A stretch of DNA of 56,327 bases, counting the filler, from Dirinaria sp. TL-2023a (taxonomy: Eukaryota): the NCBI GenBank assembly GCA_051941275.1. It is 6 parts of 6 records of this genome, joined end to end, with 100 filler letters (N's around TTAATTAATTAA, not from the genome) between each part and the next. Parts side by side here need not be neighbours in the genome. Positions count along the whole stretch, not along the records: positions 9,422 to 18,730 come from JAVEBF010001070.1; positions 18,831 to 28,138 come from JAVEBF010001071.1; 4 more parts are not named here. One strand, 5' to 3'. Positions 13,581 through 24,760 of this stretch are shown here, piece by piece. The notes beneath the pieces are model-generated. The model was not told where the DNA came from. It was given only the letters and a program-made list of their open reading frames with translations, and made no database searches. The position numbers were made by a program, and so were the translations under genes. Numbering within the stretch: the stretch's first letter is position 1; the number at the start of each line of letters is the position of its first letter.

Positions 13581-13590
13581 GGCCAATCAG
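13581..13590 (+). promoter_or_regulatory. CCAAT box (GGCCAATCAG) in the divergent promoter between the ATPase gene and the 13788 gene
   Basis: Matches the CCAAT-binding (HAP) complex consensus; the same 10-mer occurs at 21589-21598 upstream of the NYN gene. Confidence 0.4.
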
Positions 13591-13787
13591 AAGCCGCGAC
13601 TACTCCCTGTTGTTTATGACGTTGTTTGCGTCAAGCGAATCTTATCTCCTTCTACCGACGCGCCTTGCTTTCAATCTTCTAAAGTCATAATTCCCACTTT
13701 CAACTCAGACTTCACATGACCTAAGACTTGGACCAATTTACAAGTAGCTAAGGTGTATTTGCCTTCAGAAGCTCAATCAGGTCGGTC

Positions 13788-14868
13788 ATGGCAAGAACGC
13801 GACAAGATAATCGTAGAGGACCCAGACAACCTCTGATACACGAAACCACCACACCCCTCCCCGAGCCATCACCGGCCTCAAGGGTACCTTCAGTCTTACG
13901 CTTTCCTTTGGTCGCAATAATTAGCTTGGCAACCTCGCTGGCTCTACGCTCGGTCTCTTCACCTTTCTCAGAAGGCGACCTTTCTGGAGTGAGCACCCAG
14001 CGTGATGATTGGATCGAGATTGCAGGATTCCTTGGGTGGAAAATCTTGGATCTCGCCGTGGCATGGTTTTCAGATTACGACGGTAAAGAAAACGAAATTC
14101 CCCTCTCCAAGTTCGGCTTAGCTGACCGTCCTACCAGCCTGGGACACTGGTGCTTTGACCTTCCTCGCTCATCTGCCCTACTACTATCTCCTCACCCTAT
14201 GCTACAACATACGCCCAACTACAGTCCTCAACTCCATCGCCATTGATGTACTTGCAGCTGCGCTCCCATTCTACCTTCTCCGTCAGATGTCAGCACCAAA
14301 TAACAGTCAGGCGCCCAAGGAAGCTGTCGCCAACCGACCAGTAATCAAAGATAGAGGCGTCCGGTTCTCCACCAGCCTTGCGGCAACTGGCGTCTACAGC
14401 GTCGTCCTATACAGCAGCGTAAAAACATGGCTGCCGCTTTTCTTGATTACCCGTTTTGAAGGGTTGCGGGATCTTGAGGGACTCCACAACGCCCAATTCG
14501 TGACTGTCATCGTCGGTTGCGTTATGAATGGGATCGCAGCACAGATTTTTATCTTCACCCCATCGATGGGCTCCAAACCAGACACCCGTGATGCCAGAAA
14601 CGCTGCCTTTAACCCCGCTACTGCAACTTTCGGCGAGACGGTGGCGTGGAATCTGTGGGGTCACTCCAAACGGACAAGGACTTTAATCAAAAGGACCTGG
14701 GCTGTGATTCTGGCTTCCTTCGGCCACACCGTACTGCAGACTTGGTTGGTAGTGGAGGGCGCCGAGGTGACCGGTGCGGCTGGCTGGGCGGCAATCTGGG
14801 CTGTGGCCGCAGTCTTGACCGGCACAGTCTTTTGGTGGGTTGGAGACGTGGAAGGGATATCAAATTAA
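13788..14868 (+). CDS. Conserved fungal multi-pass membrane protein, about 341 aa (exons 13788-14082, 14138-14868)
   Basis: Intron GTAAAG...GCTGAC...CAG (14083-14137) joins two hydrophobic ORFs in frame. Confidence 0.85.
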
Positions 14869-15114
14869 CTAAGGAAACTGTTCGGGGTCTCATATTTCTC
14901 TCATATAGCGCAGCGATTGTTTTCGACATGGTGTAGTATGGGAGCGATCTTGTATCTGCAGATACCTATTTATACGGAGTTTCCTTCGCCGCATGATTGA
15001 CCCCAATCGGAGATCTTTGGTCCGGGGCAATATGCGGCCTCTCGGTCTAGTTGCAGGATCGTTGAACGAAGATGAAGCCTTGGTCAAAGCGATTTTCAAC
15101 GATTGCCGTGACAT

Positions 15115-15681
15115 TTAATTTTGCCTTGGTTTGACAATAGCGTCATGGACGATATAATACACAATGGTGCTATCGTCATTGACGACAGCCATCAGAACTC
15201 TCTTCTCTCGTCTCCGTGACCACGGATGTTTCTGTACCTCTCCATCCTCTACGCTCTGCGCTGCATCTGGTGGCACCGTCTTAATACTATCGAAGACTGC
15301 AGCAAACTTCTTCAGACTCCACTTCTCCCTCGCATGCGTCGGCAACACCCATTCTCGCTGAACAGGGACGTCCTTCTCATTGAGACCCTGTTTCAGCATG
15401 TCGACCTGGTCGTCCGGGTGGATATAGACATGACGGGGAGCGACGCCTGAGATCAATGGGCGCGGAAGCAATTGACTGGAGGAGGTGCTTGATGATGTTG
15501 ATGTTGAAGATTTCGTATGTATGATCAAAGAATTCCATTCATGCTGGTATTTGAGATCATGCTGTACTTGATGAGTCAAGTGATTGTAGTACGAGTCCTG
15601 AGATTGAGACTCGGCATTTGTTCGGATGGAGTTGGTCCGCGCAGATGCCGTAGCGGGATGCTTGAGGTCGATACTTGCCAT
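15115..15681 (-). CDS. SEN15: tRNA-splicing endonuclease subunit Sen15
   Basis: Fungal Sen15 motifs: LKYQHEW, YIHPDDQ, EWVLPT..EKWSL, RVLMAVVNDDSTIVYYIVHDAIVKPRQN. Confidence 0.93.
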   Translation of the reverse strand: MASIDLKHPATASARTNSIRTNAESQSQDSYYNHLTHQVQHDLKYQHEWNSLIIHTKSSTSTSSSTSSSQLLPRPLISGVAPRHVYIHPDDQVDMLKQGLNEKDVPVQREWVLPTHAREKWSLKKFAAVFDSIKTVPPDAAQSVEDGEVQKHPWSRRREKRVLMAVVNDDSTIVYYIVHDAIVKPRQN

Positions 15682-15774
15682 TACAATTCAAGTGAATGGT
15701 AGGTATAAAGCAGTACAGACTCTTGAAAACTTTCAGGCTCATGTGCTGCAAACGGTCTGTCGGGCCGTTACAAT

Positions 15775-15817
15775 CTGGATGGCTGGATGGCTGGATGGCT
15801 GGATGGCTGGATGGCTG
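15775..15817 (+). repeat. Tandem octamer repeat (CTGGATGG)x5
   Basis: Read directly; lies between the divergent SEN15 and DUF2985 genes. Confidence 0.95.
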
Positions 15818-16314
15818 AACGGCGGACGAAATAGTAATCTTACTTCTTTTTGACAAAGATGAAGAGATCACGATGGAAAAATTAGATACACGCACACAGC
15901 TCTAAGCCCGCACAACTGCCAACTTTGTCCTCTACTCCTCTTGCGCATCATCCGGCGAGCCCGTCGACTTTCTCGAAGCCTACAGTACTTAAAGGACTGA
16001 TACAAACTCCGAGAGCCGAGGGAAATCCCTCGGAATCTATTAATCTTCACGTGATCCGCGCCACGGAAAAACTCAAACCGCAAAGTCTAAACACTAGCCC
16101 TAAAGGAGGACTAAAACGGCGAACGGTCCATCTCGCGTTCCCCTTTCACCCTCTAAATCCGACTGAATATTCATACATCTACAGTTATGGGTTGATTCTG
16201 CTTCACCTGCTACTCTGCATTCCTCCATTGAAGAGTCCTATTCAATTTCTTGAGTCGTTCGCTCCTCCATGTTTTAGAGTATAGCTTCGAATCCAGCTCA
16301 TAATCAAAGTAATC

Positions 16315-18150
16315 ATGGCCGACCCAACAGACGAGAGCACCCCTTCGCCGGGGCAACCCACGCAATCCCGAGAAAATACTGGTGATGGAGGAACAAGCCC
16401 AGCTTCATCAAGCATAGCAGGCCGCTTGCGCAGCGCTTCTACCAAATTCATGGAATCCAGCCCGCCTTCTGGCATGTGGGATGCCACCGGTCAAGCTTTT
16501 GCCAAAGCACCCACACCGTTGGAGATTCGACGGGGAAGTTTCTCACATAATGGCTGGGACGGGCCAATGCAAAGGAGAAATAGCATCACCAATGATGAAA
16601 ATGTGCTGCGGCTGTCGAGAACAAACTCCGCACAAACGCCAGCGACTGCCAAATCACGCTCCAGCCCCCTGGATACACATGATGAGCATGACGATGAAGC
16701 CGAGTTCGCAAGTTTCTTTGGTCGGGAGAGGCTAGATAGTCAAAGTTATGTTCCGAAGCCTAAGACGGCGCCTAAAAAGGCGGTAAAGGACCCGTTAGCC
16801 ATACCGAACGACGACGAGCTCGAAGCTATGGACGATGAAGGTACAGAAAAGCCTACAGAAATCAGAAAGCTACCCAAGAAATTCCGAGACCCTTCCGAAG
16901 AAGAACCTTCCCTCAGAACACAGACGGCAAGTGCGACGCAGCCCAATATATCAGAAGGGGGAACCACCTCTCAAGGAAAAAGGTTACCCAGGAAATTCGT
17001 CGACCCTCTTGCAGACGACGACGACGACCCCCTTCCAGACATTTATGGCCGCGGCGAAATGACGGACCAGAACTTCGTCCCCCGCCCTTCAGGAACTCTT
17101 CCCAAGAAATTCGCCGACCCCTCCGCAGACGCTATACCCTACCCCAAATCCAAAACGCCCACCCCACCATCGAACCCCCTTGCCAAGACCGCGACCACAA
17201 CGTCCGAAACCGCACGCCCTTCATCATCCTCTTCTCATCCCTCCGCCAAAGGCCCAAACGCCGAAGGCGTCTACCCGAACGGGTACAAATTCCCTCCGAA
17301 ACACACGTGGGGCGAAGCGACCATCATCGGGCTCAAAGGCTTCTGGCGCTTCACGATCACGCCCTTCGGATTCCTGGTGGTGCTCTACGGGCTCAACGTG
17401 ATAGCCTGGGGCGGGATGCTGTTCCTGCTCCTGATCGGCGGGGGGAACGAATACATGTGCTACCCGGCGTACCTGCACGGGATCAAGGACTGCAACAACC
17501 TGTACTCGCCGCGCCGGATCTGGATCGAAATCGACTCGCAGATCCTCAACGCCTTGTTCTGCGTCACCGGCTTCGGGCTCATCCCCTGGCGCTTCCGCGA
17601 TCTGTACTACCTCCTTCAATGGCGGCTCAGAGGCCAAACCTCCGCCCTCAGGAAACTAGCAGGCATCAACCGCTCCTGGCTGCGTCTGCCGGGCTCCTCG
17701 GATCTCCCCGTGCCCATGTCGCACGCCTCCACCCTCCCACCGTCCAGCGCCCTGACCCCGGAACACAACCCGTCCATCCCGCTCCCCGTGACCAAAGCCC
17801 CCGACGAACCGCTGACCGGCATCCGCGCCCCGCCGACCCGGCTCTGGCGCCTCGATTTCGTCATCTGGGCCTACGTGCTCAACACGTTTTTGCAGGCCGT
17901 GCTGAGCGGGTTCATGTGGGGCATGAACCGCTTCGATCGGCCGAGCTGGAGCACGGGGACGTTTGTGGCGCTGGCGTGCATCGTGGCCGGGCTGGGCGGG
18001 CTGATGGTGTTCAATGAGGGGAAGAGGGTGAAGAAGGTGGAGGGCATCCCTGTGCAGGAGGGGGAGGTGCTGAAGGATGTGGAGAAGGGGGTTGTTGTTG
18101 TGGAGAGGAAGAAGAAGCTGAGAAAGAGGAAGGAGAAGGAGAAAGTTTGA
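16315..18150 (+). CDS. DUF2985-family membrane protein, 611 aa
   Basis: YGLNVIAWGGMLFLLL, WIEIDSQILNALFCVTGFGLIPWRFRDLY, RFDRPSWSTG; long disordered N-terminus. Confidence 0.9.
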   Translation: MADPTDESTPSPGQPTQSRENTGDGGTSPASSSIAGRLRSASTKFMESSPPSGMWDATGQAFAKAPTPLEIRRGSFSHNGWDGPMQRRNSITNDENVLRLSRTNSAQTPATAKSRSSPLDTHDEHDDEAEFASFFGRERLDSQSYVPKPKTAPKKAVKDPLAIPNDDELEAMDDEGTEKPTEIRKLPKKFRDPSEEEPSLRTQTASATQPNISEGGTTSQGKRLPRKFVDPLADDDDDPLPDIYGRGEMTDQNFVPRPSGTLPKKFADPSADAIPYPKSKTPTPPSNPLAKTATTTSETARPSSSSSHPSAKGPNAEGVYPNGYKFPPKHTWGEATIIGLKGFWRFTITPFGFLVVLYGLNVIAWGGMLFLLLIGGGNEYMCYPAYLHGIKDCNNLYSPRRIWIEIDSQILNALFCVTGFGLIPWRFRDLYYLLQWRLRGQTSALRKLAGINRSWLRLPGSSDLPVPMSHASTLPPSSALTPEHNPSIPLPVTKAPDEPLTGIRAPPTRLWRLDFVIWAYVLNTFLQAVLSGFMWGMNRFDRPSWSTGTFVALACIVAGLGGLMVFNEGKRVKKVEGIPVQEGEVLKDVEKGVVVVERKKKLRKRKEKEKV

Positions 18151-18730
18151 ATGTACTTGTTTCCTTGCTTGCTTCCTTGCATGCATGCTGCCTGCGCATA
18201 CAGTAGTGCTTTCGGAAATTCCTCCATAGATTTAATTAATTAATATATACTAAGGTACCTTAGCTAGCATTCAAAAAAAAAGGCCGGGTTCACATATAGA
18301 CCATCTCCATTTACATTCGATTCTCTGAAAAGCTCCGTAGAGTACCACCCATCCCATATATGCCCCCCTCACTCTCTCCCCCTCTCAAATTTAAAAAGAA
18401 AAAATCTTTCTCCTTCCTTCACATTCTTCTCCTTCACCTTATTCTCCCAAAGCACCACCACAGCCACCACCATACCTTCCAAAGCTCCCTAAAGATATGT
18501 ACTCGTAAATATACATACCCAGATCATTCTATCCATTGTACATATGCCCTGCGTCTCTGCAACCCTGGATGTAAGATAAGGTACAATTCAATCTAATTCA
18601 AGCGAATAAGATAAGGTAGGAGATACTCAAACCGAGCAAATAAAAAAGCACACAAGAAAAGCCAAAACCAAAAGCCGAATGGAATTGGAATGAGACTAAG
18701 AATGAATTTTTTTTTTTTTATTTTGGTTGG

Positions 18731-18830
18731 NNNNNNNNNNNNNNNNNNNNNNNNNNNNNNNNNNNNNNNNNNNNTTAATTAATTAANNNNNNNNNNNNNN
18801 NNNNNNNNNNNNNNNNNNNNNNNNNNNNNN
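18731..18830. other. Artificial contig spacer
   Basis: Same 100-nt N/TTAATTAATTAA/N structure. Confidence 0.98.
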
Positions 18831-19735
18831 GGAGGAATGAGGTTGGTTTTGGGGAAGAGGGAGAAGGGGAGTGTGTCAGTCTTTTGATGTTAGAGAGGAT
18901 AGCGAGGAGGGCCTTTTTTTTTTTTTTTTTTTTCAAACTTTAAGGCACTCCGAATTAGGTTGTGGTTTTGATTAGGGTAGGTATGTAGAAGTCTGTTGCT
19001 GGATGTGTAAGACGTTCTTTAGCTGGGACTTTTGTAGGTCAAGGAAAGAGTACGGGAGTTTGCTTTGACGAGTGAGAGATGAGAAGTGGAATTTGAGTGA
19101 ACGCGACTGTGAATTCACATACATGTAGTCTTCGGCTTTTGTCTTCTCGAGGTCGTGTTAGAACACATTTTATATCTCGTTCAGCCGTGGGTAGCCGAAC
19201 ACAGCCGACGATATCAGTAGGGGATAAACAGCACATAAAGGCTAGGACAGAGCAGAGAATGAAGTAATTGAGTTTCAGACGTGTAGTATGGTGAAATGCG
19301 GGCGGGTTTAGACATTTGAGGTCATAGAATTTGTGCCTGTGTAGAAATAAGATTGTTGAGCGCAGAGAGCTATGTACGATAGAGGTGGATGGCAGATGAA
19401 TGAAGGATTCGCTTTGCGAGAATGGCTCTAAAAACCAAATACCCCCTAGCATTGTGCTCCGCCGCGCGTACTGAAAAGGGCTCGCCGATAAGAAATGACG
19501 TTCTGTGACGTCGAACAATTGTAAAGCATTTTCGAAGTAAAACACGAAGTCTCGGTGGCCGTCCTGCTCAGACGCGACCGAAGCCCAAGCAAAGCAGATG
19601 AAAGCCGTAGCCCACCGTGGAGCGCGACAATACCTTCCTGTGTGCAAGCGCAAAAACATTGGCAATTTGCCCTGAGAGGATTCTCAAGAAACATGCCGAA
19701 CCGCGAGTAATGCTTCATGTGGCGGAGAACCATTC

Positions 19736-21291
19736 TCATCCGACGCCTAAGAGCTCCTCGACAAAGTCGTCCAGCTCAATGATCTTGAACTGCCTTCCCC
19801 ACCTTCCTCTGAATTCTTTTTTCTTATAAGCCCCGCTGATGTTCTTCCTGAAGCTGCAAAGCTCGACTTTCCACCCTTTGGTCATGGCCCTCTCAACCAT
19901 CTTCAGAAAGCCCTGGGAATACTCCGCCTCTGCGGCGTCACCCGTAGCTAATACGATGGTAGACGGCTCCTCAGCATCAACAACGCTCTCCAGGATCTTC
20001 AGGTGTAGAATTTCGTCCACTGCCTGCTCGACCCATTTTTCCGGTGCATACATCACCGCGGTCGTTTCAGAGCCGCTAGATGTCGTACCGACGCCATTGT
20101 GATAGCGCTTTTGGCGCGGTGTGAGCTCCTTCGCCTTATGTACTCTGTCTAAAATGTTTGTTTCGTAGCCAATGTCTTTAGCATCTTGGATTGTGGGGAA
20201 GTTATCGGACCCGACAAGTACGCGTTTTGCCGTCGGTCGCCCTCTTTCGAGGGCGAGGGACAGATTGTGGAAGGATATTGGTTGACGTTGCATGCGAGCA
20301 TTCGGTGCAAGTCCTCGAGCGAGTTTCAAGGAATCATGGAATCCGATCATTATCTGTCACCTCGTTAGCTTGGGGTACAGATCAACGTTAAAGAGAGTGC
20401 GCTTGCATTAGAAGCATCGATGAAGACATGTATACCGATGTTGAGCGTTACTGATCCAGTGCCACCCAGAGTAATGAGACCAATATTTTCTAGATAGGGC
20501 CTGTCATCGACGAACTCCTCCTGCAACTTAGTAACCAGCTTCAACTTCCGAGCGGAAGCCTCAGCGAGTGCGCTTTCTGGTTTGCGGACCGATGAACGCA
20601 GCCAATACCGAGGCTTAGCTACTGGCCACGGAACAGGAGCAATGTCCCGGTGTGCAGAATTTGCGGTATCAGCAGACTTGGCATTTGTTCCTTGCGTGTC
20701 CGGCGAATGGTCGAAGAGAAGTGAACGAATGACCGATTGTCTACTCTGACTGGGCTTAATCTTTTGCAGCTCCTGTTCCGAGTCGTTTTCACTGCTGCTT
20801 GGTGGCAGCAACTGTACCGCCCGAGCTTTTATAGCCTCATCCTTTTTCTTCATCCGCAGTCTTTTTTTCTTTGCCTTTGAGGGCTTCTGAACGCTTTTGG
20901 AATCGTAGTTTTCGTCATTATCAGCAAGATCAGCACCTTCCACCTCATCACGCCATCTCACACCTTTCGGGGTTGTCGAGTCGGTGCCAAGATCAGCCGT
21001 GGTTATTTCATCAGGTGGCGGCTCTAGTGGTACATCATGAGCCTCAGGTCTGACGACCGGTGGGGCCAAGTCAAGTGGTTGACCAAGGAACTCCCAGATC
21101 TTATCGAAATTTCCAAGTTGCGATAGAACCTTGTCCTGTGAGCCATCCTGGTCGGGGGTTGTTGGACCTGATGAAGGCTGACAGGAGGACGTATCGCTAG
21201 TTGTGCACTTGTCGACCTTTGAAGACAATGAGTGGATCAGGTCAATCACAGGGGTGAGATCCCAGACTTCATCCAGATCTTGGGACCTCAT
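19736..21291 (-). CDS. NYN/PIN-like domain protein, about 500 aa (exons 21291-20407, 20353-19736; GC-AG intron)
   Basis: Splicing gives IHVFIDASN-IMIGF; EQAVDEILHLKI, IVLATGDAAEAEYS.GF, GWKVEL, IELDDF are NYN-type acidic motifs. Confidence 0.85.
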
Positions 21292-22072
21292 TAGCTGTTG
21301 CGAAAGGATAGTGCAGGCCTCAAATGAGTGCGCTGGGAAACACCTCGGTGCCCTAAAGTATGGAGTTGAGGTAGGCTGTAGTGAGTGAAGGGTGGGTCGA
21401 TAGCATAGCGGAGCCCCTTGTCACAGCTAAATCACATGGTCAAAATCGCTGATACTAGTGATGAGTGATGTTGGAAGAATGAGCGTGTTGAGCTATTGTT
21501 ATTATTTAAACACAGCAAAAGAAGCATAAGGTAGGTATCTTGCTGCAAGAGTCTTGAGCTCATTCAAAGAGATCCACCTCGGTTATTGGGCCAATCAGCG
21601 AAAATGGCTTCAAAGGCCAAGCGAGTCAAGCTAAACAGCATTCAGCCATAGCGGGTCGCGCACAGAAAGAAACAGACCAGCACTCAGTATAAACACAATA
21701 CTATATCATCACACAATCCATCTACATTACAATATGCTTGAGTAGGTACTTAAGCACAGCTTTCCCAGCATTCGATTCTACCAACTCATTGCAAACCCAA
21801 CAAAGGCCATTTCTCCATATACCCCTTTTACCCCTTTTTGAGACTGCCGAGTCTCTATATCTCCGGTCGATTTCCCCCCAAAGCTCTACTCGCGCATAAG
21901 ACCGTGCGGCTCAGTTCTCATTTAAAGCATTCAAAGGTATGTGCCTGACTCGAGATGATGCGCGAGACGAGGAATTCCGAGCCCGTCGGCTGCTTAACTC
22001 TTGCTGCTCGAGTGTAGCTTCTGCGAAAGGGGAAAATAATGCTGATGCATATCGCTGATCCAGTCCTCCACG

Positions 22073-22297
22073 ATGGATCCATTGACTGAACCTGTCAAGG
22101 CATCCATGACTTCTCTACCACACGAAATTCGACGACTAGTGTCTAACAATCTTAACAATACCGGCGATATCCAAATGGCTCGGTTGGCTTCCAAGGGTTT
22201 GCACGACGCCGCGTCAGAATTCTTATGTAGTCGAGTGATTTTTTATTCCCTTTCTCAGCAGCATTATTGCTTTAGTAGACTACACTTTCGAGCATAA
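22073..22297 (+). pseudogene. Truncated F-box-like ORF, 74 aa
   Basis: SLPHEIRRLVSNNL...DIQMARLASKGLHDAASEFL matches the F-box pattern; no substrate-binding domain follows. Confidence 0.5.
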
Positions 22298-22300
22298 ATA

Positions 22301-24029
22301 TCAATATTTCGAGATAGTCTGTTGACATTGCGCCAAAATTGCAGCTTGACGCCCAACCTCCCCTAAGCGACCAATGACCTCTTTGTTTCCATCGATGAAT
22401 CCATAGAGTGCGTAGGGTATCTTCACTTCTCGACAAAACTCCATAACGAGTTTCTGCGTTCTGCGGAGGTTATGCCGCGGAATGCGCGGATAAAGATGAT
22501 GGATCGCCTGGAATTGAAGGCCCCCGTGGAAGAAATCGAGCCATTCAGGACAGTCGACATCCATTGTTGTCCGCAACATTTTCTGCGGAAATGATTCGTG
22601 GATTCCCAGATCTGCGGTGCTCATAGCGAAATGGCTCAACGTGATCTGAACATGCAGCGGCCCTGTAACCATGTGACTCACCATAACGAAAAGCCATCGA
22701 TCGCTTGCATTGGGGATAGACTTGTAGACGATGAGGTAGCCAAACCAGAACCAAAAGAAAACATGACCAGCAATCTCGAACCATCGATGCCACCACGCGG
22801 GTCCCTTTTTAGGTCCAAGACCGCGTATCAGATATTCCCAGCTTAGACGGTAGAGGTTGAATCGGCCTAGCGTCAGGATCGGATAGTAAAGGAAATGTTG
22901 ATACCGTACGGCAAATCGTGCGAAAGCATCGTACTTCATGACGCGGTCGTAGTAGGTGCTTCTCAGGGACTCGAAAAAGCGATGACTTATTGCGAAAAAC
23001 GGGATATGCTCAATATCGGGGTCGTGTTCGGGAGAGTTCGTAACTATGTGATGAACATTATGGTTTCGCTTCCACCATCCGAGGCTCAGGCCTCCTAAGA
23101 AATCCGCGATAATGGTGCCGATGACCGTGTCTATCGTAAAATTGTGAGTGATGCCCATGTGGCCTGCATCATGAGCGGTAAAAACCAATTGGTGCCAGAA
23201 TAGGCCGAGGAAAGCTCCGCTTGTGCCGTACCAGGCCCAGCGCAGACACAATAGGCACATACTGAAAAGGAAGGTATATCGGCCCATCTCGTACATGTAA
23301 GCTGTGTAATTGCATTGGTAGAGACCCTCTGCCCGTATGCGCTCATTGAGTATGCGGTAGTGATTGACTATCTCGTCTTGAGTGACCTCGTCGAGAGGCG
23401 GGTATTTGGCGTGGTCAAGATCTAGCTTTTCTTGCGTATAGATATCAAGGTGTGATAGCCTCGGCTCTTTGAAGCCAGGGTCGAGTTCCTCTGAGGACAC
23501 AGACGAGATAGAAGAGACGTCGACATGATCAGATCCGATAGCTTGTCGTCGGCTTCTCGGCTCGCCAAATACCGAGGTTGCATCGAATATTGGCGACCCA
23601 AGCAGACTCTCACTGCAGCTTGATGAAGAATCTTCATTGTCGTCCGTGTTCGCTGTTCCTGCTACCTCCACGTATGCCCTAAACGAGCCGCCTTGGATTG
23701 GGGGCAGGAAATTCTTCCATCGGCCTTCGATACGGCCAATTCGATAATTGCGCATCCGCCGGAGAGCCTCGGTGGAATGAAGCCTATGGGACACGTCCAG
23801 ACCTCAGCGTTTGAAACTTTCCAATCTCATCGAGGATTTTCTCTTACGCATTGACCTCGTCTGTGGCATCTCTCCCAACCATGTGCATGATGGCCTTGTC
23901 ACCGCCAGGGTGATACTTGAGCCATGGGTCGACCTTGAGGACTTCGCCGTCCACGATGATTATTGTCTTCCCATCGGCAATCATGCTCTCAACCTGGCGC
24001 CGGGTCAAAATGGCTTCGGTTCGAGCCAT
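22301..24029 (-). CDS. SLD1: Delta-8 sphingolipid (front-end) desaturase with cytochrome b5 domain, about 554 aa (exons 24029-23848, 23783-22301)
   Basis: HPGG heme motif; His boxes HDAGH, HNVHH, QAIHHL; intron 23784-23847 restores DEVNALHS. Confidence 0.93.
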
Positions 24030-24760
24030 TGGTTCCAGAACGCCGAAACTGGACGCTATATTGCAAAGGAATGATAATATTGCAGGCTCTACCGGCAGAA
24101 AGCCATTGCGATCGACGATTTCTCGGACATGCGAACACAGTTTTGACGGGTCAGCGCGTAAGAGCAGGATGATAGGACATGTTGCACTGCATCGATTCGT
24201 CTTTTCCGCAGCATCTACTGCAGTTCGACAATTGACACTCTTAGGGACCTCCTTTGAATTTGCGCTACGAGGCTCCCTAATAAAACTAAGCTGATTAGAT
24301 TAGGTTACGCTAAACCTACACTCGGCTAAGTTCCTTTGGGACAATTGCCCTACAAGCGGAACAATCTAAATGTATTGAGCTCAGCTCTTGCTTTTTTAGT
24401 GCGCCTGAAACACTTCTCTGGCATTATTATTATTGCTGGGGATTACGTGGCGCAACCTTGAAAGAGCGCCTCATCGACGATGGGCAGCGTCTATCGTCCG
24501 GAATTACCAGGATGTGCGTTTGACAGCTGCCAGCCTCAGGCCGGCCATACATCGAGCACCTGGCGATGCATCTTCACGCGTTTCCTTCTAGTTGCATGTC
24601 AGGCTGCCTATGCTGATGCGCTCCATATACGTCGTGTGTTGTTGTCGTGTGTTTGCTGTTGGAGTATCGGTTTGATGCTCATGCTATTGCAAGTTCCATC
24701 GTACAAATGTCAACCTGTTCCGACCCAACAGTCACTTTGAACACAATCGTAAGCCTGACA

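Noticed and set aside
17180..18227. Many overlapping long ORFs on both strands
   Set aside because: By-product of very high GC3 in the DUF2985 gene; no independent coding signal
18232..18243. TTAATTAATTAA without N flanks
   Set aside because: Lies in AT-rich sequence just 3' of a gene; most likely a chance low-complexity match, not a hidden join
19039..19665. 208-aa minus-strand ORF
   Set aside because: No recognisable motifs or codon bias; lies in the 3' flank of the NYN gene
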